Positions 28,366 through 38,424 of a DNA stretch of 64,000 bases are shown here, in pieces; the first letter of the stretch is position 1; every line of letters begins with the position of its first letter. Below the pieces are notes generated by a model that was not told the origin of the DNA, did not search any database, and saw nothing but the letters and a program-made list of their open reading frames with translations. The stretch comes from an uncultured delta proteobacterium (GTDB lineage Bacteria; Desulfobacterota; Binatia; UBA9968): NCBI GenBank assembly GCA_963727625.1, contig CAVSHR010000005.1, forward strand, positions 512,001 to 576,000. The letters run 5' to 3'. The position numbers and the translations under genes are program-made.

Positions 28366-29439
28366 TCAAGGCCCAAAACCCGCCACTGCCGGCTGCTGCT
28401 GCGTGACGCAGTGAATCGAGCCCAAACCGGCGACCACTTCGTTGCATCGGAGTCCTATGACTTTGCGCCGCGGAAACAAATCTTGTAGGATTCCCAGCGC
28501 GCGGCGATCGTTGGCGTCATCGAAGACGGGAACCAGAACAACTTGGTTGGCGATGTAGAAATTGGCGTAACTCGCCGGCAGGCGCACGTCTTCAAAATCC
28601 ACCGGCCCAGGGCAGGGCAAAGTGACGATCGAAAGTTTCTTGCCGTCTTGATCCCTGGCGCTTTGCAGCCGTTCGAAATTTTCTTGTAAGTATCTGTAAT
28701 TTTCATCTCGGGGATTCGACTCGACAATGCACACCGCGGTCGTCGGATCGACAAAGCGCGCGACGTCGTCGATATGGCCATCGGTATCGTCGCCGACGAT
28801 GCCTTCGCCTAGCCAGAGGAAGTGGCTCACGCCCAAGGAATCTTTTAAAAAATCCTCGATCTCCGTGCGGCTTAAGTGCGGGTTGCGGTTTTTATTGAGA
28901 AGGCACTGCTCTGTGGTCAGACAAGTGCCGGCGCCGTTGACCTCGATAGAGCCGCCTTCGAGGACGATCGGATAATCGAAGACCGGAACCTTGAGCAGGT
29001 CGGCGATTGCTCGCGCGACCCGTTCATCTTCCTCGTAGGTTTTATATTTCCCGCCCCAGCCGTTGAAAATCCAGTCGTTGAAAGCGAGCGGCTGATCGGC
29101 GGATTTTCGCGTCAAAAAGGTCGGTCCGTAATCGCGCATCCAGACGTCGATGGTGGAAATTTGCAGAAGCTTAACATTTCCCATCGCTGCGCGAGCCGAC
29201 TTCAATCGAACTTCGACTTCCATCTGCGCCGCTTGGTCATTGACAAGCAGGCAAACCTGTTCGTGCGGTGCCAAGGCGCAAACCATCTCAATCCAGATGT
29301 CACGCACGTTTTCCAAAAAGATCGGCCAAGTCTCCCGATTATGGGGCCAGGAAAGCCAGGTGGCGTGATGCGGCGCCCATTCGGCGGGCATCGAGTAGCC
29401 GAGCGACCGCGGCGTTTCCTTTTTATTGGCAACAGTCAT
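28366..29439 (-). CDS. aguA: Agmatine deiminase family protein
   Basis: MPAEWAPH, WMRDYGP, LEGGSI, TDGHID, GSIHCVTQQQP. Confidence 0.93.
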   Translation of the reverse strand: MTVANKKETPRSLGYSMPAEWAPHHATWLSWPHNRETWPIFLENVRDIWIEMVCALAPHEQVCLLVNDQAAQMEVEVRLKSARAAMGNVKLLQISTIDVWMRDYGPTFLTRKSADQPLAFNDWIFNGWGGKYKTYEEDERVARAIADLLKVPVFDYPIVLEGGSIEVNGAGTCLTTEQCLLNKNRNPHLSRTEIEDFLKDSLGVSHFLWLGEGIVGDDTDGHIDDVARFVDPTTAVCIVESNPRDENYRYLQENFERLQSARDQDGKKLSIVTLPCPGPVDFEDVRLPASYANFYIANQVVLVPVFDDANDRRALGILQDLFPRRKVIGLRCNEVVAGLGSIHCVTQQQPAVAGFGP

Positions 29440-29464
29440 TGAAGAGTTGAGGCGAATCCCGCCA

Positions 29465-30364
29465 TCATCGTCCGGCTTTACGATCTTCCAACGAGCGCGT
29501 CAGGAGCGAACCGTAAGCGTCGATGCGCCGGTCGCGCAGGAACGGCCAGCTCTGCCGCGTCTCTTCGATTTTCCCGAGATCGCACCGGGCAAGCAGAATC
29601 TCTTCGCGCTCGCCGCCGGAACGGGCGACGATCTCACCGAAGGGGCCGGAAACGAAGGAATGGCCCCAGAATTTGATTTTGCCTTCCCGTCCCACGCGAT
29701 TCACCGAAGCGACGTAAACTCCGTTAGCCACTGCGTGGGAGCGCTGGATCAATTCCCAGGCGTTACGCTGATTTTGCGCCACCGCCCGGGGCTCCTTGGG
29801 AATCCAGCCGATTGCGGTGGGATAAAAGAGAATCTGCGCGCCTGATAGCGCCGCCAGGCGCGCGCTCTCGGGAAACCACTGATCCCAACAAATCAGCGCG
29901 CTAATTTTCGCGTAGCGCGTGGCAAAGCTCGGGAAGCCGAGATCGCCAGGAGTAAAATAAAATTTTTCGTAGTAAAGCGGATCGTCCGGAATATGCATCT
30001 TACGGTACTTGCCGGCGATCGAACCGTCGGCGTCGATGACCACGGCGGTGTTGTGATAGATGCCGGCGGAGCGGCGTTCAAACAGGGAGGCGACGATGAC
30101 GATTTTTTTCTGCCGCGCCGTCGCCGAAAGAGCCTCCGTGCTCGGCCCCGGGATCGGTTCGGCCAGTTTGAAATTTCTATGATTCTCGCTCTGGCAAAAA
30201 TAACGCGAGCGAAACAATTCTTGCAGGCAAACGATCTGCGCGCCCTTTTTGGCCGCTACTTCGCTGCGCTCGATCGCCTTGGCGAGGTTCTCGGCGGGAT
30301 TGGCGCCGGAGGTCATTTGAATCAGTCCCAGCGTCACGCTGTTTTTGGAGTTGCCGCGGGCCAC
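29465..30364 (-). CDS. aguB: N-carbamoylputrescine amidase (carbon-nitrogen hydrolase)
   Basis: LQELF, YRKMHIPDDP.YYEKFYF, ICWDQWFPE; adjacent to aguA. Confidence 0.88.
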   Translation of the reverse strand: MARGNSKNSVTLGLIQMTSGANPAENLAKAIERSEVAAKKGAQIVCLQELFRSRYFCQSENHRNFKLAEPIPGPSTEALSATARQKKIVIVASLFERRSAGIYHNTAVVIDADGSIAGKYRKMHIPDDPLYYEKFYFTPGDLGFPSFATRYAKISALICWDQWFPESARLAALSGAQILFYPTAIGWIPKEPRAVAQNQRNAWELIQRSHAVANGVYVASVNRVGREGKIKFWGHSFVSGPFGEIVARSGGEREEILLARCDLGKIEETRQSWPFLRDRRIDAYGSLLTRSLEDRKAGR

Positions 30365-30396
30365 TGTGTAAACCTCGTCTTGATCGCTTGGAAAAC

Positions 30397-30434
30397 AAAA
30401 AAAGGGAGAGGAAAGTCGCATCTCTTCCTCTCCC
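30397..30434 (-). terminator. Intrinsic terminator after the dienelactone hydrolase gene
   Basis: GGGAGAGGAA...TTCCTCTCCC followed by a T7 tract on the minus strand. Confidence 0.75.
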
Positions 30435-30456
30435 CCCAAAATAGCGGCGCGAAAAA

Positions 30457-31176
30457 TTACTTCAAGTGCTGGGCGAAAAACGACTTGGTTTTCTCCCAGG
30501 CGTCCTTCGCCGAGGCTTCATGATAACTGCCCCGGTCGTCGCAATTAAAACCGTGGCCGGCTTCCGGATAAATTTTCATCTGGAAGCCGACTTTCTTCGA
30601 GGTCAACTCGGTGTTGATCTGGCCGACCTGATCCATCGGAATCAGCTGGTCCTTGGCGCCGAAGAAAAGGTACATCGGGCACTTGATCTCGCCCGTGCGC
30701 GAAAGCGGGCTCGGATTGCCCATGGTGATACCGCCGCCGTAATAAGGCACCGCGGCTTTGACGTCGTCGGCATGATGCGCCGCGGCCAAGTAAGTGAGCC
30801 GTCCGCCCATGCAAAAGCCGACCACGCCGATGGAGCCGGATTTGACGTTGCTCTGCGATTTCAAGTGGGCAATGGCCGCGCCCACATCTTCCATCGCCTT
30901 GCTGTCGACAACGCGCTGCAACGTCGCGATCGCCTTCGGCATCTCCGAATAGGGAATGATCCGCTCCGCTTCGCGGTGAAAAATATCCGGCGCGATCGCC
31001 ACGTAGCCTTCAGCGGCGATGCGGTCGGCGACCTTTTTGATATGGCCGTTGACTCCGAAGGCCTCTTGAATAACGACGATGCCCGGATAGTTCCCGCCGT
31101 CCTTGGGCTGCGCCACGTACGCATCCATCTTGCCGTCGGAAGTATTCAGTTGCACGGTTGCCCTGCTGGTGTCCAT
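30457..31176 (-). CDS. Dienelactone hydrolase family protein
   Basis: QEAFGVN, GFCMGG, AGHGF. Confidence 0.93.
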   Translation of the reverse strand: MDTSRATVQLNTSDGKMDAYVAQPKDGGNYPGIVVIQEAFGVNGHIKKVADRIAAEGYVAIAPDIFHREAERIIPYSEMPKAIATLQRVVDSKAMEDVGAAIAHLKSQSNVKSGSIGVVGFCMGGRLTYLAAAHHADDVKAAVPYYGGGITMGNPSPLSRTGEIKCPMYLFFGAKDQLIPMDQVGQINTELTSKKVGFQMKIYPEAGHGFNCDDRGSYHEASAKDAWEKTKSFFAQHLK

Positions 31177-31272
31177 GAGTCGACCTCCTAAAGACCTGAT
31201 TGTCGTTTTTGAAGTGACTTTTCTCTATCAGATTTTAATTTGCCGGTCCACACCCAGCGCCGCGCATTTCAT

Positions 31273-32127
31273 CTAGAATTCATCGTGTTTTCGGCAAAAC
31301 TCCAGCACTCGATCACAAACCTTCCGGGTGATCTGTTCCGGCGGCATGACGTTCCAAAAATCCGCCTTCGGCAACAATTCTCTAAGGTAGTGCGCAGCAG
31401 AAGTCGCGTGCGATGGGTCGTCGCCGGGGATGATCAGCGACGGCGCCTTGATGCCCATCACCTCTTCCGGCTCGGCGCCCGGCGCAGTGTCGCGATCGAA
31501 TAAGCTGCGCCCGCTCGTGATAATCAATGCCAAATAATATTCGAGATCCTGGGCTGCAAAGCGCTCGGCAAAAGCGCTATCGCGGGCGATCATCGTGGCC
31601 CACGGCCCAGCTTCCGGATCCATCCAAAAGCTCTTGCCACCGCGGGCGCGCTCGATCACGCCGGTCAAACCATTCGTTTTGACGAAATTGTAGTGGCGCA
31701 GGAAACGTTCCTGGCCGTTTACTTTCCAGCGAAAGCCGCCCACCGGCCAGTGCAACAGTAGACCGCGCGTCGCCTCGGGGTAGTGCGCGCCGAACGCCAG
31801 CGCCACCGAGCAGCCCATGCAGCCGCCCATGATCCAGGCGGACGCCATGCTCAGGTGATCGAGCAACGCCTTGCCATGGCGGGTGAAACTCGCCCAGCTC
31901 AGCCGCTCGACGCGCCCGCCAGACCGGCCGCACTCGCGCCGATCGTAAAGTACAACCAAATGCTCCGCCGCGAGCGCGGCGATTGCGTCGATTCCGGTCC
32001 ATGCACTGGCGCTGCGCCATTTGTCGATGGTCGCATCGAAGCCGCCCGGCGCACACATCAAAATCGGCGTGCCGCTGCCGTGAGTTTCATAATAGGTTTC
32101 AATTCCGTCAATCGTTGCCATGGGCAT
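31273..32127 (-). CDS. Alpha/beta hydrolase with G-G-C-M-G nucleophile elbow
   Basis: YYETHGSG, YDRRECGRS, MGGCMG, PGDDPSH. Confidence 0.85.
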   Translation of the reverse strand: MPMATIDGIETYYETHGSGTPILMCAPGGFDATIDKWRSASAWTGIDAIAALAAEHLVVLYDRRECGRSGGRVERLSWASFTRHGKALLDHLSMASAWIMGGCMGCSVALAFGAHYPEATRGLLLHWPVGGFRWKVNGQERFLRHYNFVKTNGLTGVIERARGGKSFWMDPEAGPWATMIARDSAFAERFAAQDLEYYLALIITSGRSLFDRDTAPGAEPEEVMGIKAPSLIIPGDDPSHATSAAHYLRELLPKADFWNVMPPEQITRKVCDRVLEFCRKHDEF

Positions 32128-32232
32128 AGCGATTTCTCCTCTGATTTGCTGGACATCGAGAGTCGCGCCACATAAGATTTACCACGCCGAGAGCCCTTTA
32201 GAAAAGTCGTATTGCCCTTGGAGGTTTTAGCC

Positions 32233-33045
32233 GTGAGCGACCGAGATACCCAAGAAAAGTTCAGTGAGCTCCTTGACGTGATGGCGCGGTTGCGCGGCGA
32301 GACCGGCTGTCCGTGGGACAAAGAGCAAACCCATAGCTCGCTCAAGCCGTGCTTGCTCGAAGAGACTTACGAGCTGCTCGACGCTGTCGACAAAGACGAT
32401 CCGAAGAAACTAAAAGAAGAACTGGGCGATGTGTTACTGCAAGTGGTTTTTCATTCTCAGATTGCTAGCGAAGTCGGCCGCTTCACCGCGAAAGACGTCA
32501 TTGCCGAGCTCATTGACAAACTCGTGCGCCGCCATCCCTACGTCTTCGCCGGCGAACCACTGCCGGAAAGTACGGCCGCCGTCTTAAAGCAGCGCATGCA
32601 GATCAAAACCAGCGAGCGCAAGGATGGCGAGGCAACCTCAGCGCTTGGCAACGTGCCCAAAGCCATGCCCGCATTGGCGCGGGCGCAGTCGATTTCGCGC
32701 CGAGCAGCGCACCTCGGTTTCGAATGGCCCAATATCGATCCGGTCTGGGACAAGGTCGAAGAGGAGATGCGCGAGCTCAAAGAAGCAACGGCATCCGGTG
32801 ATCGATCGCGAATCGGCGAGGAGCTCGGCGATCTGCTCTTTACACTCGTTAATATTGCGCGTTTCCTCCAAATTGAAGCCGAAGAAGTGCTGGCGCAAAC
32901 GGTCGAGCGCTTTTCGCATCGCTTTTATCACATCGAGACAAGATTGGCGCAAGCCAACAAGAGTTTCGAGCAATCTTCTCTCGAAGAAATGGACCGATTT
33001 TGGGAAGAAGCGAAGGCCCTCGAAGCAGGGGGAAAATCCTCATGA
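32233..33045 (+). CDS. mazG: Nucleoside triphosphate pyrophosphohydrolase MazG
   Basis: GCPWDKEQT, EETYE, EELGD twice, RRHPYVF. Confidence 0.93.
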   Translation: MSDRDTQEKFSELLDVMARLRGETGCPWDKEQTHSSLKPCLLEETYELLDAVDKDDPKKLKEELGDVLLQVVFHSQIASEVGRFTAKDVIAELIDKLVRRHPYVFAGEPLPESTAAVLKQRMQIKTSERKDGEATSALGNVPKAMPALARAQSISRRAAHLGFEWPNIDPVWDKVEEEMRELKEATASGDRSRIGEELGDLLFTLVNIARFLQIEAEEVLAQTVERFSHRFYHIETRLAQANKSFEQSSLEEMDRFWEEAKALEAGGKSS

Positions 33046-34019
33046 GCTTAGCTCAATCTCGCATCGTTTTTCTCGACGCCGCGACCTACGGCGACGTGTC
33101 TCTAGGCCGTTTTACCGAAAATTGGCGATGCACCGTCCATCAAATAACCCATGCCGTAGAGACCGCACGGCGGCTTGCCGGTCACACCATCGCGGTCACC
33201 AACAAAGTGGCAATCGACGGCGCAGTGCTCAATTCACCCGAAGCCCGCGACCTGGAACTCATCGCCGTCGCGGCCACGGGCACGGATATCATCGACCACG
33301 CTGAAGCGGCAAGGCGCGGTGTTAAAGTCTGCAACGTACCCGGCTACGCGACTCAGTCGGTGGCGCAGTTTACCATGGCCTTAATTTTGGAATTGGCGAC
33401 ACAAACCGGAAGATATCTTGAGTCCGTGAAGGCAGGCGAGTGGCAGAAAAGCCCCGTGTTTTCTCTGCTCACTTTCCCTACGATTGAGCTCGGCGGGAAA
33501 AAGCTCGGTATCGTCGGCTACGGCAGCATCGGTCAAGCGGTCGCGCAGTTGGCGCGCGGCTTCGGTATGGAACTATTGGTAGCCACGCGGCCGGGCACCA
33601 CGGGTTCAATGCTACAGAACCGGATGCCGTTGGACCATCTGCTGCGCGAAGCCGATATCGTTTCGCTCCACTGCCCCCTCTCACCCGAGACTCGAAATCT
33701 CATCAACACGCGAAGCCTCGCGCTGATGAAACCAACGGCTTTTCTGATAAACACCGCGCGGGGCGCACTCGTCGACGAAGCCGCACTGATCGAGGCCCTG
33801 AAAAAAAAACGTATTGCCGCGGCCGCCCTCGATGTTATCAGGAAAGAGCCACCACCCGCGAATCATCCGATCATCCGGGCGGCACAGCAGCTCGATAATC
33901 TCATCGTTACGCCGCATACCGCCTGGTCAGCGCGTGAAACCCGCGAGCGGCTGCTCAGAGAAGTAGAAGAAAACATCTCGGCCTTCCTGCAAGGGAAGGA
34001 TAGAAATCGCGTCGCTTAG
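33042..34019 (+). CDS. D-2-hydroxyacid dehydrogenase (glycerate dehydrogenase-like)
   Basis: ATGTD, GYGSIG, INTARG, TPHTAW; ATGA overlap with mazG. Confidence 0.9.
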   Translation: MSLAQSRIVFLDAATYGDVSLGRFTENWRCTVHQITHAVETARRLAGHTIAVTNKVAIDGAVLNSPEARDLELIAVAATGTDIIDHAEAARRGVKVCNVPGYATQSVAQFTMALILELATQTGRYLESVKAGEWQKSPVFSLLTFPTIELGGKKLGIVGYGSIGQAVAQLARGFGMELLVATRPGTTGSMLQNRMPLDHLLREADIVSLHCPLSPETRNLINTRSLALMKPTAFLINTARGALVDEAALIEALKKKRIAAAALDVIRKEPPPANHPIIRAAQQLDNLIVTPHTAWSARETRERLLREVEENISAFLQGKDRNRVA

Positions 34020-34071
34020 ATTGCGGCCACCCTAGGCCCGCACATTCCGACGCTTCTATCTTGATTCTCGT

Positions 34072-34367
34072 TTAACAAAACGCCGGGGCCATCTTTTCGA
34101 TATGCTGGCGGGCCTCGGGTTTGATCGTCTGTACGGTGGCCAGAAAGTTGGGATGGGTCATTCCCGTGCCGAGATAGGTCCAGCACTTCCCCCTGAGCAC
34201 CGCCTCGGTCATCTGCTGGTGCTCGGTCTTGGAGAGCTTCTTTCTTATAGCCGTCACAAAGGCCTCCACGTCAAACTCCGCCTGCTGCTGTATCCCTTGT
34301 CTAGAAAGGCCCCAATCTTCCCGTATTCCTTGAAAGCCTGGTCGATCTCTTGCTCCGAAGCGTTTGG
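34072..34367 (-). pseudogene. Frameshifted C-terminal remnant, probably of a ferritin-like diiron protein
   Basis: EIDQAFKEYGKIG / FLDKG / QQQAEFDVEAFV...WTYLGTGMTHPNFL read across shifting frames; N-terminus missing. Confidence 0.5.
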
Positions 34368-35330
34368 CTAGCGTTTGCGCTCGTTACCGAGCGCCTTGAT
34401 CCTGGAGCTAAACGTGGTGGGTTTGATGCCTACGAACTGTGCCGCGCCGTTTTCTCCGGTGACTTTCCATTGGCAAGCTTTTAGGGCAGCGATCATGTTT
34501 TGGCGCTCAAGCACTTCAAGCTCTTTGGCCGTACGTACCCGGTGGTTGCCATTTTTTCCGCTCGATAGCACAGCAGCCATGGCAATTACGCTTTCGGGCA
34601 GCGCGCGGTCGAGATTGAGCCGCCCGTCGGGCGAGGTGATCACCACCCGTTCGATGACGTTTTGCAGCTCGCGCACGTTGCCCGGCCAGCTGTAAGCCCG
34701 GAGCCGGCGCAGACACTCTTGAGAGAGGGGCTTGAGGGTCCGCCCCATCCGCCGGGCAAACTTCTGCGCAAACGCGGTGGCGAGCGGGCCAATATCCTCG
34801 CGCCGTTCGCGCAGCGGCGGCAACTGAAACGGAAAGAAGTTCAAAGGGTATTAAAGATCTTCACGGAACTTGCCCTCGCGAGCGCCCCCTGCAAGTCGTG
34901 GTTGGTGGCGGCAATCACACGCACGTCGACCTTGCCGAGTCTGCGAACTCCCACCGGCTCGAATTCCCCTTCCTGGAGCACGCGCTGCAGTTTTGACTGC
35001 AGATCAAGCGACAGCTCACCGACCTCGTCGAGAAAGATATTCCCGCCGTGGGCCAGGGCGAAACGACCGTCGCGCTTTTTGGTGGCGCCTGTAAACGCGC
35101 CCTACTCATGGCCGAAAAACTCGCTCTCAATCAGGGTGGCGGGAATCGCCGCACAATTAACCTTGATCAGCGGCTTGGCGCTTCGCCGGCTAGCCAGATG
35201 AATCGCCCGGGCGATCAGCCCCTTCCCCGGTGCCGGTTTCGCCCAAAATCCGCACCGTGGCCTCGGTCTCAGCGACCTCTTTGACCTCGGCTAAAACTTT
35301 GAGGATCGCCTCGCCGCGGGCCGAGCAACC
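34368..35330 (-). pseudogene. Sigma-54 activator (Fis-family) pseudogene
   Basis: [27 protein letters not shown] with in-frame TAG, FLDEVGE, WPGNVRELQN across several frames; sensory N-terminus absent. Confidence 0.88.
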
Positions 35331-35366
35331 ACCGGCGCAGTTCGTAGCAAAGCGAGCCGGTATCAA

Positions 35367-35792
35367 TCAAAACGGAATGTCGTCATCCAGCGGAGGCATG
35401 CCGGCGCTGCCGGCCGTTTCATCGGTGCCTCCGCTGTCCATCTCGGGCGCCACCCGCGTGCCGCCTCCCCCGCCAAGGAAGCGAATGCGCTGGGCGACGA
35501 TTTCGGTGACGTAACGCTTGGTGCCGGTTTTGTCGTCGTAACTGCGCGTCCGTATACTGCCTTCGACATAAATTTGCCGACCCTTTGCCAGGTACTGCCC
35601 ACAGGTTTCAGCTTGTTTGCCCCAGACCACGATGTTATGCCACTCGGTTCGTTCCTGCCGCTTGCCGTCGCGGTCGTTCCATTGTTCAGATGTTGCAATG
35701 GAAAAATTGGCCACCGCGTTGCCTGTTTGAGTGAACCTCACTTCGGGATCTTTGCCCAGATTGCCGATCAGAATCACTTTATTTACCGACAT
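35367..35792 (-). CDS. ssb: Single-stranded DNA-binding protein
   Basis: [23 protein letters not shown]-terminal DDDIPF. Confidence 0.97.
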   Translation of the reverse strand: MSVNKVILIGNLGKDPEVRFTQTGNAVANFSIATSEQWNDRDGKRQERTEWHNIVVWGKQAETCGQYLAKGRQIYVEGSIRTRSYDDKTGTKRYVTEIVAQRIRFLGGGGGTRVAPEMDSGGTDETAGSAGMPPLDDDIPF

Positions 35793-35986
35793 CTCAGTCT
35801 CCAAGGTGCCGGAGCTCAGCGCTCCGGCGGGAAAGTATCGCCAACTTATCGCCGGCATGCCGCAGAGTCAATAATAATTAAAAGGCTGGACGCAAGCTTC
35901 CGTCGCATTGATTTTTCGTCGGCCAAGAACTAATATATTTCATCTAATTTCCATCCCTTGTGCAAAGCAAGTTTACAATTATCTTG

Positions 35987-36751
35987 ATGTTTTATCTTGC
36001 CCAGCTGCTAATCATACTTTTGATCACGGTGCCCCTGGCTATTTTGACGATTGGCTTGGGGCCTTTCGATCCCCACGGCAAGCGCGTCTATCGCATCAAT
36101 CAATTATGGGCCTGGCTTATTTTGCGCTTCGGCGGAATTTCTCTCAAGGTCTGCGGCTTGGGGAACATCGACCCGGCCCGGCAATATATTTTCATAGTCA
36201 ATCACCAAAGCAACATGGACATCCCCGTGCTGGTCCAGAGTCTGATTCGGTTTCAACTGCGTTGGATCGCCAAGAAAGAGCTTCTCTGGGTGCCGTTGTT
36301 TGGCTGGGCGATGTGGGCGACCAAGCATATCACCGTCGATCGCTTGGACCCTTTGGACGCGGTCAAGAGCTTGGAGCGCGCCAAGGAGCGACTTGCTGCC
36401 GGCCTATCGATCGCGATTTTTCCCGAGGGAACGCGCAGCTGCGACGGCAAATTGTTGCGATTCAAGAAAGGCGGCTTCTTGCTGGCGGTGCAGAGTCGCA
36501 CGCCGATCGTTCCGGTTGCTATCAAGGGCAGCGGCAACATTTTACCACCAGGTGGATGGAAGCTTCGCTCCGGCGTGATCGAGGTGTTCGTCGACAAACC
36601 TATTGCCGTCGACGGCTACCGCGTTGGGAAATTGCGGCCTCTTACCGAAGCGGCGCGTGAAATTATCGCGGGTCATCTGGACCAATCCGCGCCGGCAAAC
36701 AGTGAACCAACGCCAACCGGCGCCCAGCGGTTGGAAAAACGGAGCGCGTAA
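35987..36751 (+). CDS. plsC: 1-acyl-sn-glycerol-3-phosphate acyltransferase
   Basis: NHQSNMD, AKKEL, FPEGTRS. Confidence 0.9.
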   Translation: MFYLAQLLIILLITVPLAILTIGLGPFDPHGKRVYRINQLWAWLILRFGGISLKVCGLGNIDPARQYIFIVNHQSNMDIPVLVQSLIRFQLRWIAKKELLWVPLFGWAMWATKHITVDRLDPLDAVKSLERAKERLAAGLSIAIFPEGTRSCDGKLLRFKKGGFLLAVQSRTPIVPVAIKGSGNILPPGGWKLRSGVIEVFVDKPIAVDGYRVGKLRPLTEAAREIIAGHLDQSAPANSEPTPTGAQRLEKRSA

Positions 36752-36757
36752 AAAACC

Positions 36758-38413
36758 ATGGATTCGCTCAAGATCATCCCCCTTGGCGGCTTAGGGGAGT
36801 TCGGACTCAACATGATGTTGATCGAGTACGGCGATGCCGCTATTGCCGTCGATTGCGGTCTCATGTTTCCCAGCGCGGACCTGCTCGGCATTGACCTAGT
36901 GATACCGGACGTGAGCTACCTGCTCGAACACCGCGACAAGCTCAAGGCCATCGTCCTAACCCACGCCCACGAAGATCACGTTGGTGCGCTCCCGTATGTC
37001 CTCGAGCATTTTGACGTGCCCATCTTCGGCACCCGACTCACGCTCGGGCTTTTAGCAAACAAATTGAGAGAACATGATATCGAGGACACAGTCGATATTC
37101 GCGAAATCACCGCCGGCGCACCCTGGGACATTGCACCGTTCCGCATCGAAGGCATTCGCGTTACCCATAGTTTGATGGATTGTCTGGCCTTGGCCATCGA
37201 AACGCCCATTGGCACCGTGATCCACACCGGCGATTTCAAAATTGACAACACGCCGATGGAAGGAGAGATGTTCGATTTCCAGCGCTTCGCCGCCTATGGT
37301 GAGAAGGGCGTTGTGCTGCTGTTGTCGGACTCGACCAATGTGGAGAAGTCGGGATATACACCGTCTGAACGCGAAGTCGGCAGCAATCTCGAACAAATCA
37401 TTCAGCATAGCAGCGGCAAAGTTCTAGTCTCGACATTTTCATCGAGCATCCCGAGAATCCAGCAGGTTATCGATATTTCCGAGCGCTGCGAGCGGCGCGT
37501 CGTGCTGAGCGGCCGAAGCATGATCCGCAACAGCCAGGTAGCGGCGGAGCTGGGCTACTTGCATCTGCCGCGCAGTTTCATGACCGAAAGCGAGCGCTGG
37601 CAGGACCTACCCATCGACCGGCTCACCTTTCTCACCACCGGCAGCCAGGGCGAACCGTTGTCGGTGCTGCACCGCGTGGCACTGGACGATCATAAAACGA
37701 TCAAAGTCCAAACTGGTGACACGGTAATCCTTTCGTCGAAATTTATTCCGGGCAACGAAAAGACAATTTCTAATTTAATCAATCATCTCTATCGCCGGGG
37801 TGCAGAGGTCCATTACGAGAAGGTCTCTGAGATCCATGTGTCCGGCCACGCCAGCCAGGAAGAGCTGAAGACCATGCTCCAACTCACCCGGCCGCGTTAC
37901 TTCGTGCCTATTCACGGTGAGTATCGTCATCTCGTGCGCCACCGGCGGCTCGCCCAAGACGTCGGCATACCGGCGGATAATTGCTTCATCCTCGAAGACG
38001 GCGATGTGCTAGAGCTAACCGCCAACAGCGCGCAGAAAACCCAGCCTATTCAAGTGGGGAAAGTTTTCGTCGACGGCAAGGGGGTCGGCGACGTTGGCGA
38101 TATCGTCATCCGCGACCGCCGCCATCTCTCGGAAGACGGCATGGTGCTTGCCGTCATAGCAATTCACCAGCAGTCCGGCGAAATCGTCGCGGGGCCGGAT
38201 CTAATATCGAGAGGCTTCATGAGCGCCGAAGAAAGCGAAGAGATCTTGGAGCACGCCAAGAAAGTCGTTCTCGACACATTCAACGGCATGAACCGCGAGA
38301 CGCGCACCGATCCGGCCGAGCTTAAGGAGGAAGTGCGCAAGGTACTGCGGCGCTTTTTTAGAAAGAAGCTGGAGCGCCACCCGGTCGTTCTGCCTTATAT
38401 CATCGAAACCTGA
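36758..38413 (+). CDS. rnj: Ribonuclease J
   Basis: PLGGLGEFG, THAHEDHVG, HTGDFK, TGSQGEP, HVSGH. Confidence 0.96.
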   Translation: MDSLKIIPLGGLGEFGLNMMLIEYGDAAIAVDCGLMFPSADLLGIDLVIPDVSYLLEHRDKLKAIVLTHAHEDHVGALPYVLEHFDVPIFGTRLTLGLLANKLREHDIEDTVDIREITAGAPWDIAPFRIEGIRVTHSLMDCLALAIETPIGTVIHTGDFKIDNTPMEGEMFDFQRFAAYGEKGVVLLLSDSTNVEKSGYTPSEREVGSNLEQIIQHSSGKVLVSTFSSSIPRIQQVIDISERCERRVVLSGRSMIRNSQVAAELGYLHLPRSFMTESERWQDLPIDRLTFLTTGSQGEPLSVLHRVALDDHKTIKVQTGDTVILSSKFIPGNEKTISNLINHLYRRGAEVHYEKVSEIHVSGHASQEELKTMLQLTRPRYFVPIHGEYRHLVRHRRLAQDVGIPADNCFILEDGDVLELTANSAQKTQPIQVGKVFVDGKGVGDVGDIVIRDRRHLSEDGMVLAVIAIHQQSGEIVAGPDLISRGFMSAEESEEILEHAKKVVLDTFNGMNRETRTDPAELKEEVRKVLRRFFRKKLERHPVVLPYIIET

Positions 38414-38424
38414 GGAAACTCGTT

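Noticed and set aside
32233-33045. mazG as part of a toxin-antitoxin or anti-phage module
   Set aside because: Ordinary two-domain MazG coupled to a metabolic dehydrogenase; no mazEF or defence genes nearby
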